Part shown: positions 37,004 through 55,733 of the stretch, piece after piece
How positions within the stretch are numbered: the stretch's first letter is position 1
How the letters are laid out: the number at the start of each line of letters is the position of its first letter
Origin: the human T2T-CHM13v2.0 reference genome, Homo sapiens
Assembly: GCF_009914755.1 (NCBI RefSeq)
Contig: NC_060935.1
Length of the DNA: 64,000 nucleotides
Direction: 5' to 3' (one strand)
The notes under the pieces: generated by a model
What the model was told of the DNA's origin: nothing
The model's input: only the letters and a program-made list of their open reading frames with translations
Databases searched by the model: none
Made by a program: the position numbers and the translations under genes

Positions 37004-39616
37004 CCATATGATCTAGCAATGTTACTACTTGGTTTTTATCCAAAGGAAATGAAATCAATATTTGAAGAGATATCTGCACTTCATGTTTATTGCAGCAACA
37101 TTCACAATAGCCAAGATATGGGGGCAACCTAAGTGTCCATCTACAAATAAATTGATAAAGAAAAGTTGATACGTATACATGGAGTACTATTCAGCCATAA
37201 AAAGAATGAGATTCTATAATTTGCAGCAACATGGATGAAACTGGAGGTCATTATGTTAAGTGAAATAAGCTGGACACAGAAAGATGAACTTTTCATGTTC
37301 TCAGGAACATTTGTGGGAGCTAAAAATTAAAACAATTGAATACATGGAGATAAAGAGTAGAAGGATGGTTAGCAGAGACAAGAAAGGGTAGTTGTGGAGG
37401 GGGAATAAGGTTGGTTAGTGGGTACGAAAATATAGTTAGATAAATTGAATAAGGTCAAGTGTTTGATGGTACAACAGTGTGACTAAAGTGAACAATAATA
37501 TATTGTACATTTAAAAATGACTAAAATAGAATAATTGAATTGTTTGTAACATGAAGAAAGGATAACTGCTTGAGATCATAGATACCGCATTTACTCTGAT
37601 GTGATTATTATGCATTGTATGTTTGTATCAAAATATTTCACATACCCCATAAATATTTATAACTACTATGTACCCATAATAATTAAAATCAAGAAAAAAG
37701 AAATGGCTTTGGAATACTGTTATGAAAACATGGCCTAGAGATTGTTTCTTAAGATCCCAGAAAGATAAAAGAGTCAGTGTATTATTCAGAAACAAGGGGC
37801 CCTCTAAAGAGATTAAAAATATGTCTCTCAATAAAAAAAATACAGCCTCTAGGATACTCAGATGCACTGGTCTGTCACCCATCTCAGCAGGAGCCATAGG
37901 TAGAATAGAGCTTATCTCAAAGATGTTTGTTGCTGTGAATTTTGTCTAACAAAAATAAACCCCAATGGGTTGACAGGTGATCTGCCATGTTTTTGAGAAA
38001 TCTTTGGTGGAAAAAACACTGCACACATGATAGCGTGGGATAGAGACAGTACAAAATGAAAAAGCCTGTGTAACCCCACAAATCTTGCTGGTGAAAAGCT
38101 GAATAAGAGTACCATTCAGCTGCAAACATGTTCTTTTTCATGAGAGGGAAGAAAACTCATAAATTGTATCCAAAAGGGAAGAGATTGTAGCAGAGAGCCA
38201 AATTGCTTTCATTTTCCATGCCTTGAGACCTAATCAAGGAACTTCTAACGTTTGCCTGGCTGCACTTCATAATTGCTCTGAACTCCTTGTACCTCCTGTC
38301 TCTCCCATTTTGATCAGGAATATCTGCAGTAGTTATTCCATGCTGCTATCATTATTGTGTGCTGGATGTGTTGGAGACAGATGTCTTGTGTCTTTAGTTT
38401 CACAGGTCAATTTATACAAACACAAAGGTCCTATAGTTAGAGAACTACATATAAGTAGGCTTGTTCACACTCGAACTTAATTGAAATTCTGGACTTTGAG
38501 CATATGCTATAATGAAATAATACTTTTCCAGACATTGTACATGTGTTAATTTACTTAGCATATCAGAGGGATGAAATCATTTGGGGCCAGAGGCTAGAAT
38601 CTTTGTGTTTTCCTTTACTAACATGTTCTTCTACAGGGCATTTGCTCTCTTTCAGGACTGACATGTATTTATTAGTTTTGCTTATACCAACCAGTTCATT
38701 TTATCCCTGAAATGCTATTTGTCTTCCTTTTTACCAGCTAACTCCTAATCCTTTTCTGACCTATTAAGGCTAAAGTGGATACTTCCTCTGTGTTTTCTCA
38801 AAAATACTCTGCATATAACCATATGATAGCACCTATTCTATATTATAATGATCTCTTAATTTTTGTGTCCCATAGTAAAATTTAAGTTCTTTGAGGTCAG
38901 AGACTCTGACTTATTTTCTTATCAACATCTAACAATACCCTGGTACACCCTGGTAGGCAATAAGCATTTTTAAAGGAATGAGTGAAAGAGTGCTTGAATG
39001 AGCCACGTCAGGCTCTGGCTTCCAGTCATGAGAAGAAAAACTTCAAAAAAAGAAAAATTCTCAGCTGTTTTTCTGGCACACACAATATTAGTACCCCTGA
39101 TGAAGACAATGTAAATGCCAAAAAGGTCTTTTATCTATTTTACTGCTGTATCCACATTGTGTAGAACTTTATTTGACTTATTTGGTGCTCAATGGGATAT
39201 TTATTGAATTATTGAATAAATACATAAAGGGTCAAAATCACATTTAAATCTATCTTCTGTATGATTAATTATAATTTATTTTATTGGCTTTCTTATTTTC
39301 CCCAGAGGGGACCATGAGTCAGTAAAATAGTGAGAAATAAATTGTGTTTTGATTACTTTCCCCTATATGTCTAGGGTAAGAGCATGAAAATTTCCCAATC
39401 AATTTAATTAAACAATTATATCCACTTCTCCCAGTATATTTCAATATCTATATCCAAATCTTTGACAGGAGGAAAGATATATATATTTTATCAGGACAGA
39501 GATGTAAGACTCCACTCACAGAAGTCTAATTCTGTCACTCCAGGAACCTAGACTAGTATGATTGTGAGGTCATGTTTTCATTTAATCACAGCAATCATTT
39601 CCCCTTTCCAGATCAC

Positions 39617-39740
39617 CTCAGTGGTCAGTGTCTCTTCAGTATTCTTTTTTCCATTTATGTGTGCAACTCTTCTAAGCTCCTTTAAGCCCTCATCTAGCTG
39701 ATTGTTGATAATCAGCCACCGAGCAGACTCCACCATCTTC
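39617..39740 (-). CDS. SLC22A24: SLC22A24 exon 5
   Basis: ttcatcag|GAAGATGG...ACTGAG|gtgatc; encodes KMVESARWLIINNQLDEGLKELRRVAHINGKKNTEETLTTE (SLC22 ESxRWL motif). Confidence 0.95.
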
Positions 39741-39956
39741 CTGATGAAAGAAGACAACATAGGTATAGTAAACAATTACTTATTTGGCACTTAACCTTTA
39801 ACATGAAATTCCTTTCCCCTTTGATTTAATACAGACATTATAAATTATAGTAGAGTCATTTCTGAACAAATTGGCCTCCTCTGCTGGACTCCTAGGGTGA
39901 AGGATGTATCTGGCCATCAATAAGTGTTTGTTAAAGTGATTATACAGAACCATGAG

Positions 39957-41361
39957 TGTGTTAGTCCATTTTCACACTGCTGATAAAGACATACCTGAGA
40001 CTGGGTAACTTATAAAGAAAGAAAGGTTTAATGAACTCATAGTTCCACATGGCTGGGGAGGCCTCAGAATCATGGTGGCATGTCTTACCTGGTGGCAGGC
40101 AAGAGAAGCAAAAGGGAAGCCCTTATAAAATCATCAGATCTCATGAGACTTATTCACTACCATAATAACGGTATGGGAGAAACCATCCCTATGATTCAAT
40201 TATCGCCCACTGGGTCCCTCACTAAACCAGATCATTCTGCCCTGGTCCCTCCCAAATCTCATGTTCTCATATTTCAAAACCAATTATGCCTTCCCAACAG
40301 TCCCCCAAAGTCTTAATTTTTTCGGCATTAGCTCAAAAGTCCACAGTCCAAAGTCTCTTCTGAGACAAGGCAAGTCCCTTCTGCCTATGAGCCTATAAAA
40401 TCAAAAGCAAGTTAGTTATTTCCTAGATACAATGGGGGTATAGCAGTGGATTTGACCAAAATGAAGGGGCTGCAGGCCCCATGCAAGTTCAAAATCCAGC
40501 AGGGCAGTCAAATATTAAAGCTCCAAATGATGTTCCTTGATTCCGTGTCTCAAATCCAGGTCATGCCGATGCAAGGGGTGGGTTCCCATGGTCTTTGGCA
40601 GCTCTGCCACTGTGGCTTGGACAGGGTACAGCCCCTCTACTGGATGCTTTTGCAGTCTGGCATTGAGTGTCTGTGGCTTTTCCAGGCAAATGGTGCAAGC
40701 TGTTGGTGGATCTACAGTTCGGGGATCCAGAGGACAGTGGCCCCCTTCTCACAGCTCCACTCAGCAGTGTACCAGTGGGGACTCTCTGTGGGAGCTCTGG
40801 CCCCACATTTCCCTTCTGCAGTGCCCTAGCAGAGGTTCTCCATGAGGGTCCTGCCCCACAGAAAACTTCTTCCTGGACATCTAAGCATTTCCATGCATTC
40901 TCTGAAATCTAGATGGAGGTTGCTAAACCTCAATTTTTAACTTCTGTGCACCTGCAGGCTCAATACCACGTGGAAGCTGCCAAGGCTTGGGGCTTGCATC
41001 CTCTGAAGCCACAGCCCAAGTTGTCCCTTGGCCCGTTTTGGCCATGGCTACAGTGGCTAGGACTCAGGACACCTGCCCCTAGGATGCACACAGCAGGGGT
41101 CCCTTGGCTTAGCCCAGTAAGTCATTTTTTTTTCTTCTAGGTAAATAGGCCTATGATGGGAGGGGCTGCCCAAATGTCTCTGACATGCCCTGGAGACATT
41201 TTCCTCATTTTCTTGGTGATTAGCCTTTGGCTCCTCATTACTTATGCAAGTTTCTGCAGCAGGCTTGAATTTCTCCTTAGAAAATGGGTTTTTCTTTTCT
41301 ATCACATCATCAGGCTGCAAATTTTTCAAACATTTATGCACTGTTGCCCTTTTAAAACTGA
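39957..41361 (-). mobile_element. THE1 LTR (39957-40234) plus truncated THE1 internal region
   Basis: tgtgttagtccattttcacactgctgataaag LTR followed by THE1-int (cccaaatctcatg...); cut off by the L1 tail. Confidence 0.88.
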
Positions 41362-42143
41362 ATTTTTTTCTTTTAAATTTTATTATTATTATACTTTAAG
41401 TTTTAGGGTACATGTGCACAATGTGCAGGTTTGTTACATATGTATACATGTGCCATGCCGGTATGCTGCACCCATTAACTCGTCATTTAGCATTAGGTAT
41501 ATCTCCTAAAGCTATCCCTCCCCCCTCCCCCCACCCCACAACAGTCCCCGGTGTGTGATGTTCCCCTTCCTGTGTCCATGTGTTCTCATTGTTCAATTCC
41601 CACCTATGAGTGAGAACATGCGGTGTTTGGTTTTTTTGTCCTTGCGATAGTTTGCTGAGAACGATGGTTTCCAGTTTCATCCACGTCCATACAAAGGACA
41701 TGAACTCATCATTTTTTATGGCTGCATTGTATTTCATGGTGTATATGTGCCACATTTTCTTAATCCAGTCTATCGTTGTTGCACATTTAGGTTGGTTCCA
41801 AGTCTTTGCTATTGTGGAGAGTGCTGCAATAAACATATGTGTGCATGTGTCTTTATAGCAGCATGATTTATAATCCTTTGGGTACATACCCAGTAATGGG
41901 ATGGCTGGGTCAAATGGTATTTCTAGTTCTAGATCCCTGAGGAATCACCACACTGACTTCCACAATGGTTGTCACTAGTTTTCCACTAACAGTGTAAAAG
42001 TGTTCCTATTTCTCCACATCCTCTCCAGCACCTGTTGTTTCCTGACTTTTTAATGATCGCCATTCTAACTGGTGTTAGATGGTATCGCATCATGGTTTTG
42101 ATTTGCATTTCTCTGATGGCCAGTGATGATGAGCATTTTTTCA

Positions 42144-42431
<288 letters not shown>

Positions 42432-44255
42432 TCATGAAGTCCTTGCCCATGCCTATGACCTGAATGGTATTGACTAGGTTTTCTTCTAGGGTTTTTATGG
42501 TTTTAGATCTAACATTTAAGTCTTTAATCCATCTTGAAGTAATTTTTGTATAAGGTGTAAGGAAGGGATCCAGTTTCAGCTTTCTACATATGGCTAGCCA
42601 GTTTTCCCAGCAACATTTATTAAAATAGGGGATCTTTTCCCCATTTCTTGTTTTTGTCAGGTTTGTCAAAGATCAGATGGTTGTAGATGTGTGGTGTTAT
42701 TTCTGAGGCCTCTGTTCTGTTCCATTGGTCTATATCTCTGTTTTGGTACCAGTACCATGCTGTTTTGGTTACTGTAGCCTTGTAGTGTAGTTTGAAGTCA
42801 AGTAGTGTGATGCCTCCAGCTTTGTTCTTTTGGCTTAGGATTGTCTTGGCAATGTGGGCTCTTTTTTGGTTCCAGATGAAGTTTAAAGTAGTTTTTCCCA
42901 ATTGTGTGAAGAAAGTCATTGGTAGCTTCATGGGGATGGCATTGAATCTATGAATTACCTTGGGCAATATGGCCATTTTCATAGTATTGACTCTTCCTGT
43001 CCATGAGCATGGAATGTTTTTCCATTTGTTTGTGTCCTCTTTTATTTTTTTTGAGCAGTGGTTTGCAGTTGTCCTTGAAAAGTACTGTCACATCCCTTGT
43101 AAGTTGGATTCCTAGGTATTTTATTCTCTTTGAAGCAATTGTGAATGGGAGTTCACTCATGATATGGCTCTCTGTGTGTCTGTTATTGGTATATAGGAAT
43201 GCTTGTGATTTTAGCACACTGATTTTGTATCCTGAGACTTTGCTGAAGTTGCTTATCAGCTTAAGGAGATTTTGGGCTGAGACAATGGGGTTTTCTAGAT
43301 ATACAATCATGTCATCTGCAAACATGGACAATTTGACTTCCTCTTTTCCTAATTGAATACCCTTTATTTCCTTCTCCTGCCTAATTGCCCTGGCCAGAAC
43401 TTCCAACACTATGTTGAATAGGAGTGGTGAGAGAGGGCATCCCTGTCTTGTGCCAGTTTTCAAAGGGAATGCTTCCAGTTTTTGCCCATTCAGTATGATA
43501 TTGGCTGTGGGTTTCTTATAAATAACTCTTATTATTTTGAGATACATCCCATCAATACCTAGTCTATTGAGAGTTTTTCGCATGCAGGGCTATTGAATTT
43601 TGTCAAAGGCCTTTTCTGCATCTATTGAGATAATCATGTGGTTTTTGTCATTGGTTCTGTTTATGTGATGGATTACATTTATTGATTTGCATATGCTGAA
43701 CCAGCCTTGCATCCCAGGGATGAAGCCGACTTGATCGTGGTGGATAAGCTTTTTGATGTGCTGCTGGATTCGTTTTGCCAGTATTTTATTGAGGATTTTC
43801 ATATCAATGTTCATCAGGGATATTGGTCTAAAATTCTTTTTTTGTTGTGTCTCTGCCTGGCATTGGTATCATGATGTTGCTGGCCACATGAAATGAGTTA
43901 GGGAGGATTCCCTCTCTTTCTGTTTTTTATAATAGTTTCGGAAGGAATGGTATCAGCTCTCTTTGTACCTCTGGTAGAATTTGACTGTGAACTTGTCTGC
44001 TTCTGGACATTTTTAGTTGGTAGGCTATTAATTATTGCCTCAATTTTATAGCCTGTTATTGGTCCATTCAGAGATTCAACTTTTTCCTGGTGTTTAGTCT
44101 TGGGAGGGTGTATGTGTCCAGGAATTTATCCATTTCTTTTAGATTTTCTAGTTTATTTGCATAGAGGTGTTTATAGTATTCTCTGATGGTAGTATGCATT
44201 TCTGTGGGATCAGTGGTGATATCCCCTTTATCATTTTTTTTTGCATCTATTTGAT

Positions 44256-47944
<3,689 letters not shown>

Positions 47945-48202
47945 TTCTTTCTTCTTTATTAGTCTTGCTAGCAGTCTATGAATTTTGTTGATTGTTTCAA
48001 AACACCAGCTTCTGGATTCTTTGATTTTTTGAAGGATTTTTGTGTCTCTATCTCCTTCAGTTGTGCTCAGATCTTAGTTATTTCTTGCCTTCTGCTAGAT
48101 TTTGAATTTGTTTGCTCTTGCTTCTCTAGTTCTTTCAGTCTGCATCTTTTAACTGGGGCATTTAGCCCATTTACATTTAAGGTTAATATTGCTACGTGTG
48201 AC

Positions 48203-48462
48203 TCCCAGCACTTTGGGAGGCTGAGGCAGGTGGATCACGAGGTCAGGAGATTGAGACCATCGTGGCTAATATGGTGAAACCCCGTCTCTACTAAAAAATA
48301 CAAAAAAAATAGCAAGGCATGGTGATGAGTGCCTGTAGTCCCAGCTACTCGGGAGGCTGAGGCAGGAGAATGGCGTGAACCCGGGAGCCGGAGCTTGTAG
48401 TGAGCCAAGTTTGTGCCACTGGACTCCAGCCTGTGTGACAGCCAGACTCTGTCTCAAAAAAA

Positions 48463-48480
<18 letters not shown>
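48203..48480 (+). mobile_element. 5'-truncated Alu (Y/Sc-like) with A/(TA)n/(CA)n tail
   Basis: Starts at tcccagcactttggg; degenerate TSD ending ...tgtgact. Confidence 0.9.
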
Positions 48481-48496
<16 letters not shown>

Positions 48497-48827
48497 TACA
48501 CACATACACACACACACGTATAGTTACATGTGACTTTGATCCTGTCGTTATTATGTTAGCTAGTTATTTTGCCTGTTAATTGATGCAGTTTCTTCATAGC
48601 ATCGATGGTCTTTACAAGTTAGCATGTTTTTGCAGTGGCTGGTACCGTTTGTTTCTTTCCATGTTTAGTGCTTCCTTCAGGAGCTCCTGTGAGGCAGGCC
48701 CATTGGTGGCAAAATCTCTCAGAATTTGCTTGTCTGTAAAGGATTTTATTTCTTCTTCACTTATGAAGCTTAGTTTGGCTGTATATGAAATTCTGGGGTT
48801 GAAAATTCTTTTCTTTAAGAATGTTGA

Positions 48828-49325
<498 letters not shown>

Positions 49326-51011
49326 TCATGTTCTCTGTATTTCCTGAATTTGAATGTTGGCCCTCCTTTCTGGGTTGGGGAAATTCTCCTGGATAATATC
49401 CTGAAGAGTGTTTTTCCAACTTGGTTCCATTCTTTCCGTCACTTTCAGGTACACCAATTAAACATAGATTTTGTCTTTTCACATAGTCCCATATTTCTTA
49501 GAAGCTTTGTTCACTTCTTTTTACTCTTTTTTCTCTAAACTTGCCCTCTCACTTTATTTCATTAATTTGATCTTCAATCACTGATACCCTTTCTTCCACT
49601 TGATTGACTCGGCTATTGAAGCTTGTACATGGGTCATGAAGATCTCATGCCATGGTTTTCAGCTCCATCAGGTTACTTAAGGTCTTCTCTACACTGTTTA
49701 GCCATCATCTAATCGTTTTTCAAGGTTTTTAGCTTCCTTGTGATGTGTTAGAATATGCTCCTTTAGCTCGGAGAAGTTTGTTATTATTGACCTTCTGAAG
49801 CCTACTTCTGTTAACTCATCAAAGTAACTCTCCATCCAGCTTTGTTCTGTTGCTTGTGAGGAGCTGCAATCCTTTGGAGGAGAAGAGGCACTCTGGTTTT
49901 TAGAATTTTCAGCTTTTCTGCTCTGTTTTCTCCCCATCTTTGTGGTTTTATCTACCTTTGGTCTTTGATTTTGGTGACCTACAGATGGGGTTTTGGTGTG
50001 GATGTCCTTTTTGTTGATGGTGATGCTATTCCTTTCTGTTTGTTAGTTTTCCTTCTAACAGCCAGGTCCCTCAGCTGCAGGTCTGTTGGAGTTTGCTGGA
50101 GGTCCACTCCAGACCCTGTTTGCCTGGGTATCACCAGTGGAGGTTTTGCAGAACAGCAAATATTGCTGCCTAATCCTTCCTCTGGAAGCTTCGTCTCAGA
50201 AGGGCACCTGCCTGTATGAGGTGTCTGTCAGCCCCTACTGGGAGGTGTCTCCCAGTTAGGCTACATAGGGTTCAGGGACCCACTTGAGGAGGCAGCCTGT
50301 CCATTCTCAGAGCTCATACACTGTGCTGGGAGAACCACTGGTCTCTTCAAAGCTGTCAGACAGAGACGTTTAAGTCTGCTGAAGTTTCTGCTGCCTTTTG
50401 TTCATCTATGCCCTGCCCACAGAGGTGGAATCTAGAAAGGCAGTAGGCCTTGCTGAGCTGTGGTGGGCTCCACCCAGTTCGAGCTTCCTGGCCACTTTAT
50501 TTACCTACTCAAGCCTCAGCAATGGCAGACACCCCTCCCCCCACGAGGCTACTGCCTTGCAGGTCGATCTCAGACTGCTGTGCTAGCAGTGAGCAAGGCT
50601 CCGTGGGCATGGGACCCAGTGAGCCAGGCATGGGAGAGTATCTCCTGGTCTGCTGGTTGCTAAGACCTTGGGAAAAGCACAGTATTTAGGCAGGAGTGTC
50701 CCATTTTTCCAGGTACAGTCTGTCATGGCTTCCTTTGGCTAGGAAAGGGAAATCCCCCAACCCCTTGCACTTCCCAGGTGAGGCAACACTGCGCCCTGCT
50801 TCAGCTCACCCTCCGTGAGCTGCACCCACTGTCCAAGCAGTCCCAGTGATATGAACAAGGTACCTCAGTTGGAAATGCAGAAATCACCCATCTTCTGCAT
50901 CGATCACACTGGGATCTGCAGACCAGAGCTGTTCCTATTCGACCATCTTGGAATGGAAGACCCGGTTTTGTTTTTTTTATATGGGCAGATGTAGAATTCT
51001 CTGCTGACAGA

Positions 51012-51641
51012 TTTTTTTTTTTCAGGTTTACTTGTACAAATAGCACCAGAGGACCCCAGCCCCATGCAGATGGCAGCCTATTGGGGAGGTTGCACCATTC
51101 CTTCTGTCCTCACCTTGGTAGACAGAGATATCCACTCTGAAGTCTTTGTAGGGGCTTGGGCACCTTTGGGAGCCTGAGCTGGAACTGAAGCTGGAGCTGC
51201 AGCCTGGGCCTTGGTTTGACCCTTGGCCTTTGGCTGGCACTGCCCGAGCCCCTTGACAACATGGGCAAGAGCCTACTTCCCAAGCTTGAGGTGGGCAATG
51301 TAGGCAAGTCAATTGAGCTTGTTGCTGACACTCTTTGGGATCTTGAGCTTAACTTCCTTGGGCTTTATGAGGGCCTTGATAGCCTTGGCATGTGCACTCA
51401 TGGCCTTGGCATTGTTGACCTGCATCTTCTTTAGGCCCTTCTTGATGTGCTTCTTGGCAAAGCACATATTCTTCAGGAACTTGGGGTCCACACCCTTAAG
51501 AGATTCATATCTTTGTGATTAGGGTTTCTTGATACCATTTCTGTGCCATTTTTCGGACTGGTTGTGTTTGGTATGGTTCTTGGACTTGGTTATGTCTGCA
51601 CCTTAAGCCGCAGCTCCCAAAGCACCTAGAACCAGAAGGCT
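51012..51641 (-). pseudogene. RPL29: RPL29 processed pseudogene (possibly RPL29P22; number from memory)
   Basis: Intronless copy reading (ATA)[56 protein letters not shown]; start ATG>ATA at 51593, premature stops, poly(T) at 51012-51022, TSD ctg[a/g]cagatttttttt at 51004 and 51642. Confidence 0.93.
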
Positions 51642-52764
51642 CTGGCAGATTTTTTTTTCAACACTTTGAATAATTAATCCCACTGCCTTGCAGACTCTGT
51701 TTTCTGTTGATAAATCAACTATTAATCTTATTGAGGATCTCTTTTCCATGATGAGTTAGCTTTTCTTTTGATGGTTTTAAAAATCTTTCTTTGGATTTTG
51801 GTAGCTTGATTATACTGTGTCTAGGTATGGATCTTTTCAGTTTATCTGAATTACAGTTTTTGAATTTCTTGGGTGTGTAGATTAATGTTTCCAACATATT
51901 TGTTTTATTAGCCATTATTTTTAAAAATATACTTTGTTCCTTTTTCTCAGCCCTCGCCTTCTGGGACTACAAAATGCATATGTTGATACCCTTGATAGAG
52001 TCTCACATGTCCTCAAAACTCTGCTCCTCCTTACTTATTTTATTCACTAAACTGGATAATCTCAATACTGTCTTCAAATTTACTGCTTATTTTCTGCCTG
52101 CCCAACTCTTCTGTTTTGACCATCCAATAAATTTTCACTTCTGAACATTTCAACTCTAGAATTTCTATTTGGCTCCTTTTAAACATTTCCATCTTCAATG
52201 ATGTTTTCTATTTGGAGACATCTTTTTTTGTATTTTTTTGTTACTTATTTAGACATGGTTTTCTTTAATTCTTGAGCATATTTAACTTAGTTGATTCAAA
52301 TCCTATGTCTCATAAGCCAACATCTGGCTTGTCAGGTATAGTTTGTACTGATTGCCTTTTCTTCCTGTGTAGAAGTCATGCTTTCATGTTTTCTTTCATG
52401 GCTCCTTTGTTGAAAACTAGGCCTTTTAAACATATAATGTAACAATTCTGGAAATCATATTCTTCCCTCTTTCTCAATGTTTGTTGTTGTTGCTCCCTGT
52501 TGTAGTGGTTGTTTGTTTGGTTAGTGGCTTTTTGTTAACGAATTCTGTAAAATCAGTATTCGTCATGTGTGGCCACTGAATCTCTACTTGGTTAGCTTAG
52601 TGCTCAGCTATTAAGTTAATTGTCTGCAACCAATACTTCTCCCAGTCTTTATTGAGAGGCTCTGAGTATGTGACACTCAGTCAGGCAGTTTACATCTCTG
52701 CCTTAGCCTCCACCAACTGCATATGCAGAGCCCCAAGATCATCCAGAGGTGAGAGCTTAGGGAC

Positions 52765-53170
52765 TTCCCCTTTCACCTCATCTACCTCTTCTATCTTTGC
52801 CACCCCTGAGATGGCAAGACCAACTCCTCCTCTTCTTTCCTCTCCTCAGCCTACTTAACATGAAGATGTTAAGGATTAAGACCTGTATGATAATCCATTT
52901 CCACTTAATGAATAGTAAATACATTTTCTCTTCCTTATGCTTTTCTTAATAACATTTTCTTTTCTCTAGCTTACTTTACCATAAGAATATAGTATATAAT
53001 GCATATAACACACAGAATATGTGTTAATAACTGTTTATGTTATTGTTAAGGCTGCCAGCCAAGAGTAGGCTATAAGTAGTTCAGTTTTTAGAGTCAAAAT
53101 TTATATGCAGATTTTTGAGTGCATGGGGTGTTGGTGCCCCCAACACTCTGCACTGTTCAAGGGTCAACTG
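52765..53170. mobile_element. Tigger2-family DNA transposon fragment
   Basis: Ends in TIR tgttcaagggtcaactg + TA; internal ccacttaatgaatagtaaat motif. Confidence 0.8.
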
Positions 53171-53798
53171 TATTTTGTTCCTCAGCTTCTAATTTTCAAC
53201 TCTTTGTTAATTATATTATTTTCCCAAATTGTTATCCATCACTTCAGACAGCTGTGACCTCAAAACATTTGTCAGTAAATATGTTTGACAAATGCCTTAT
53301 GAGGGGAGCCTTCTCACACTAGGCAACTTTGAGTCAGGTCAAATAGAGACAGCCTTCCAAATAGGGTCTTAGGGGAGCCAGCAGAAAGGTATAATAATGA
53401 CAGCTTTTTGTGAATGAGGTTTTGAAATAACTCAAGCTCTGTCCTCCTCCCTCTAGTACCAAGAATGTTAGCTGTTATTTTTTTTTTCAAGGCTGCAGCA
53501 TAGCTGGAGAGTAGGAACTGAAACTAAGATATGTTAAAAACATCCCAACATTCACTTTCTTACTGGGACTCAGTTTTTCTTCAACAAAAGATTCCCTAAA
53601 CTGCTGCAAGTCTTTGGTTAATTTTCAGAGTTCTGAAAGAGATGATTTTGACAACTTTTTGCTAGTTTTGTGTTGCTTTTATGGAGGAACCAATTTTTGG
53701 AGATCCTACTCTGTCAAGTTCCCTGAAGTCGCCCCCATCCTAACTCTTGGTGCTAGAGACAGCATGCTCTTCTAATTTTAAATAGTTATGTAGATAAA

Positions 53799-53804
53799 TT
53801 TATT
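53799..53804 (-). terminator. Candidate intronic poly(A) signal for the short isoform
   Basis: tttatt on + (AATAAA on -), about 224 nt after the read-through stop. Confidence 0.55.
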
Positions 53805-54027
53805 GTGTTTTCCTTATATTCAATCTCAGTTACAATGACAAAAGCCCCCAAATTATCTCCATCACATAATATTCCAAAAGTTAGATAAATAATACATTTG
53901 CTTCAAAAATAAGTGGGTATTTTTTCTATTAAGAAAAATAATTTCATGATAATTCCATGTCTAAAATAATGAATGCAAAGTGCCAGCCTCCCCACATATA
54001 GTGTCATCCTATTCCATTGTTTGCTTC

Positions 54028-54166
54028 TCAGGTGACACAATAGGTACTATGGACATCATGGCTCAGGACTAGGCCAGAGACCGAACAGATCCCAGGTGTC
54101 ACAATTTTCCTTTCTATGTCTACCATAGCCTCGCTTACAGGCAAAGAATGTGGAGATTGTTCATAC
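54028..54166 (-). CDS. SLC22A24: Alternative C-terminus of a short SLC22A24 isoform (exon 4 read-through)
   Basis: Frame stays open for 45 codons past the exon 4 donor (YEQSPH...STYCVT, then TGA); AATAAA follows at 53804-53799. Confidence 0.65.
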
Positions 54167-54335
54167 CAAGAGGACAAGAAGAGGACAATTATGGGTGTAG
54201 ACACAGTCAGTTGCAATATGTGCCAGTCCTGAATGGCAAAAGCCAGCCCTCCTAGGAGCATCTGCCCAACACTGTAGGAACATAATAGCACCATTATTGT
54301 CATAGATCGTGACCGGGGCAATGTCCACTCTAAGC
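54167..54335 (-). CDS. SLC22A24: SLC22A24 exon 4
   Basis: ttccag|GCTTAGAGTGG...TCTTG|gtatga; encodes (S)LEWTLPRSRSMTIMVLLCSYSVGQMLLGGLAFAIQDWHILQLTVSTPIIVLFLSS(W); intron 3 is 100 bp. Confidence 0.95.
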
Positions 54336-54435
54336 CTGGAAGAAAACATATACATAGTAATAATTTTAGACAAATGGTAATTTCAAGGTCATTTCAAGAC
54401 ATGGAGATGATAAAATGCTCAAATTATTGACTTAC

Positions 54436-54590
54436 TGAGAATAAAAGTGTTTCCCAAAATAGTCATGGTGGAGAACCCTGCCAAGAAGCGCAGTATGCAG
54501 TAAACAAGGAAGGTGGGAGCGAAGGCCGCACAGGTGTTAGAGATGGCCAGCTGGAGGAAACACAATTTGCATATGATCTTCCGTCCAACC
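54436..54590 (-). CDS. SLC22A24: SLC22A24 exon 3
   Basis: tttcttag|GGTTGGACGG...ATTCTCA|gtaagt; encodes (R)VGRKIICKLCFLQLAISNTCAAFAPTFLVYCILRFLAGFSTMTILGNTFIL, including the MFS GRK motif. Confidence 0.95.
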
Positions 54591-55135
54591 CTAAGAAATA
54601 TTAAACCAGATAACGTTACTTAGGAACAAAAATAACACGTGGAAAACTTGACAAACAATGGCGCATCTTGAAATTAGGATAAATGTTTAACAAGTGGAAC
54701 ATGGTGCTTGACACCGGGTGGCATAATTATATTAGTGAGCAGCAAAAATCACAGATGTAACCCTCCCTATTTGTCAGTATGAGAGTGTTGTCAAAGCTCT
54801 CACCAAACCATCACTGGAAGGACTCTTTCGCCATATGAAGCCATATAAAAGAAGATGAAATATGGGAAGTTGTCCCATATTTCCCAAATGTTTATTCTAC
54901 AAAACATATGCATTTAGGATAGTGGATATGTGTGTTGTGTTTAGAGCACTGAGGAGGGAAATCCAGAGATCTGTTCTTGGGTCTCTGCACTGTCCAGGTA
55001 AAAGCTAAACTTATTTGAAAGGAAGAGTGGAAAGACAATAAATCAAAGTTGCAGATAGGCTGCATAACAATCACTCAGCTATGTCTAGATTTACAGGCTT
55101 GGGAAATGTGTTTCAGCTCTATAGAAAACAGTTCA

Positions 55136-55733
<598 letters not shown>

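Larger units (their letters stand above)
33536..37700 (+). mobile_element. L1MA-like element (ORF2 to 3' end) with nested Alus and an insert
   Basis: Degenerate ORF2 peptides (35195-35425, 36080-36271) and an L1MA-type 3' end. Confidence 0.8.
50965..53730 (-). mobile_element. Ancient L1M 5'/ORF1-region remnant hosting RPL29P and Tigger2
   Basis: ORF1-like peptide 51715-51915 (IPRHSIIKLPKSKERFLK). Confidence 0.6.

Noticed and set aside
37770-38600. Possible MaLR internal remnant
   Set aside because: Only a weak terminal motif (ggggccagagg) is recognisable; too diverged to call by eye.
50522-50689. 55-aa ORF0-like frame in the copy D 5'UTR
   Set aside because: Expected L1 feature, shorter than canonical ORF0 and antisense to the host gene, with no evidence of use.
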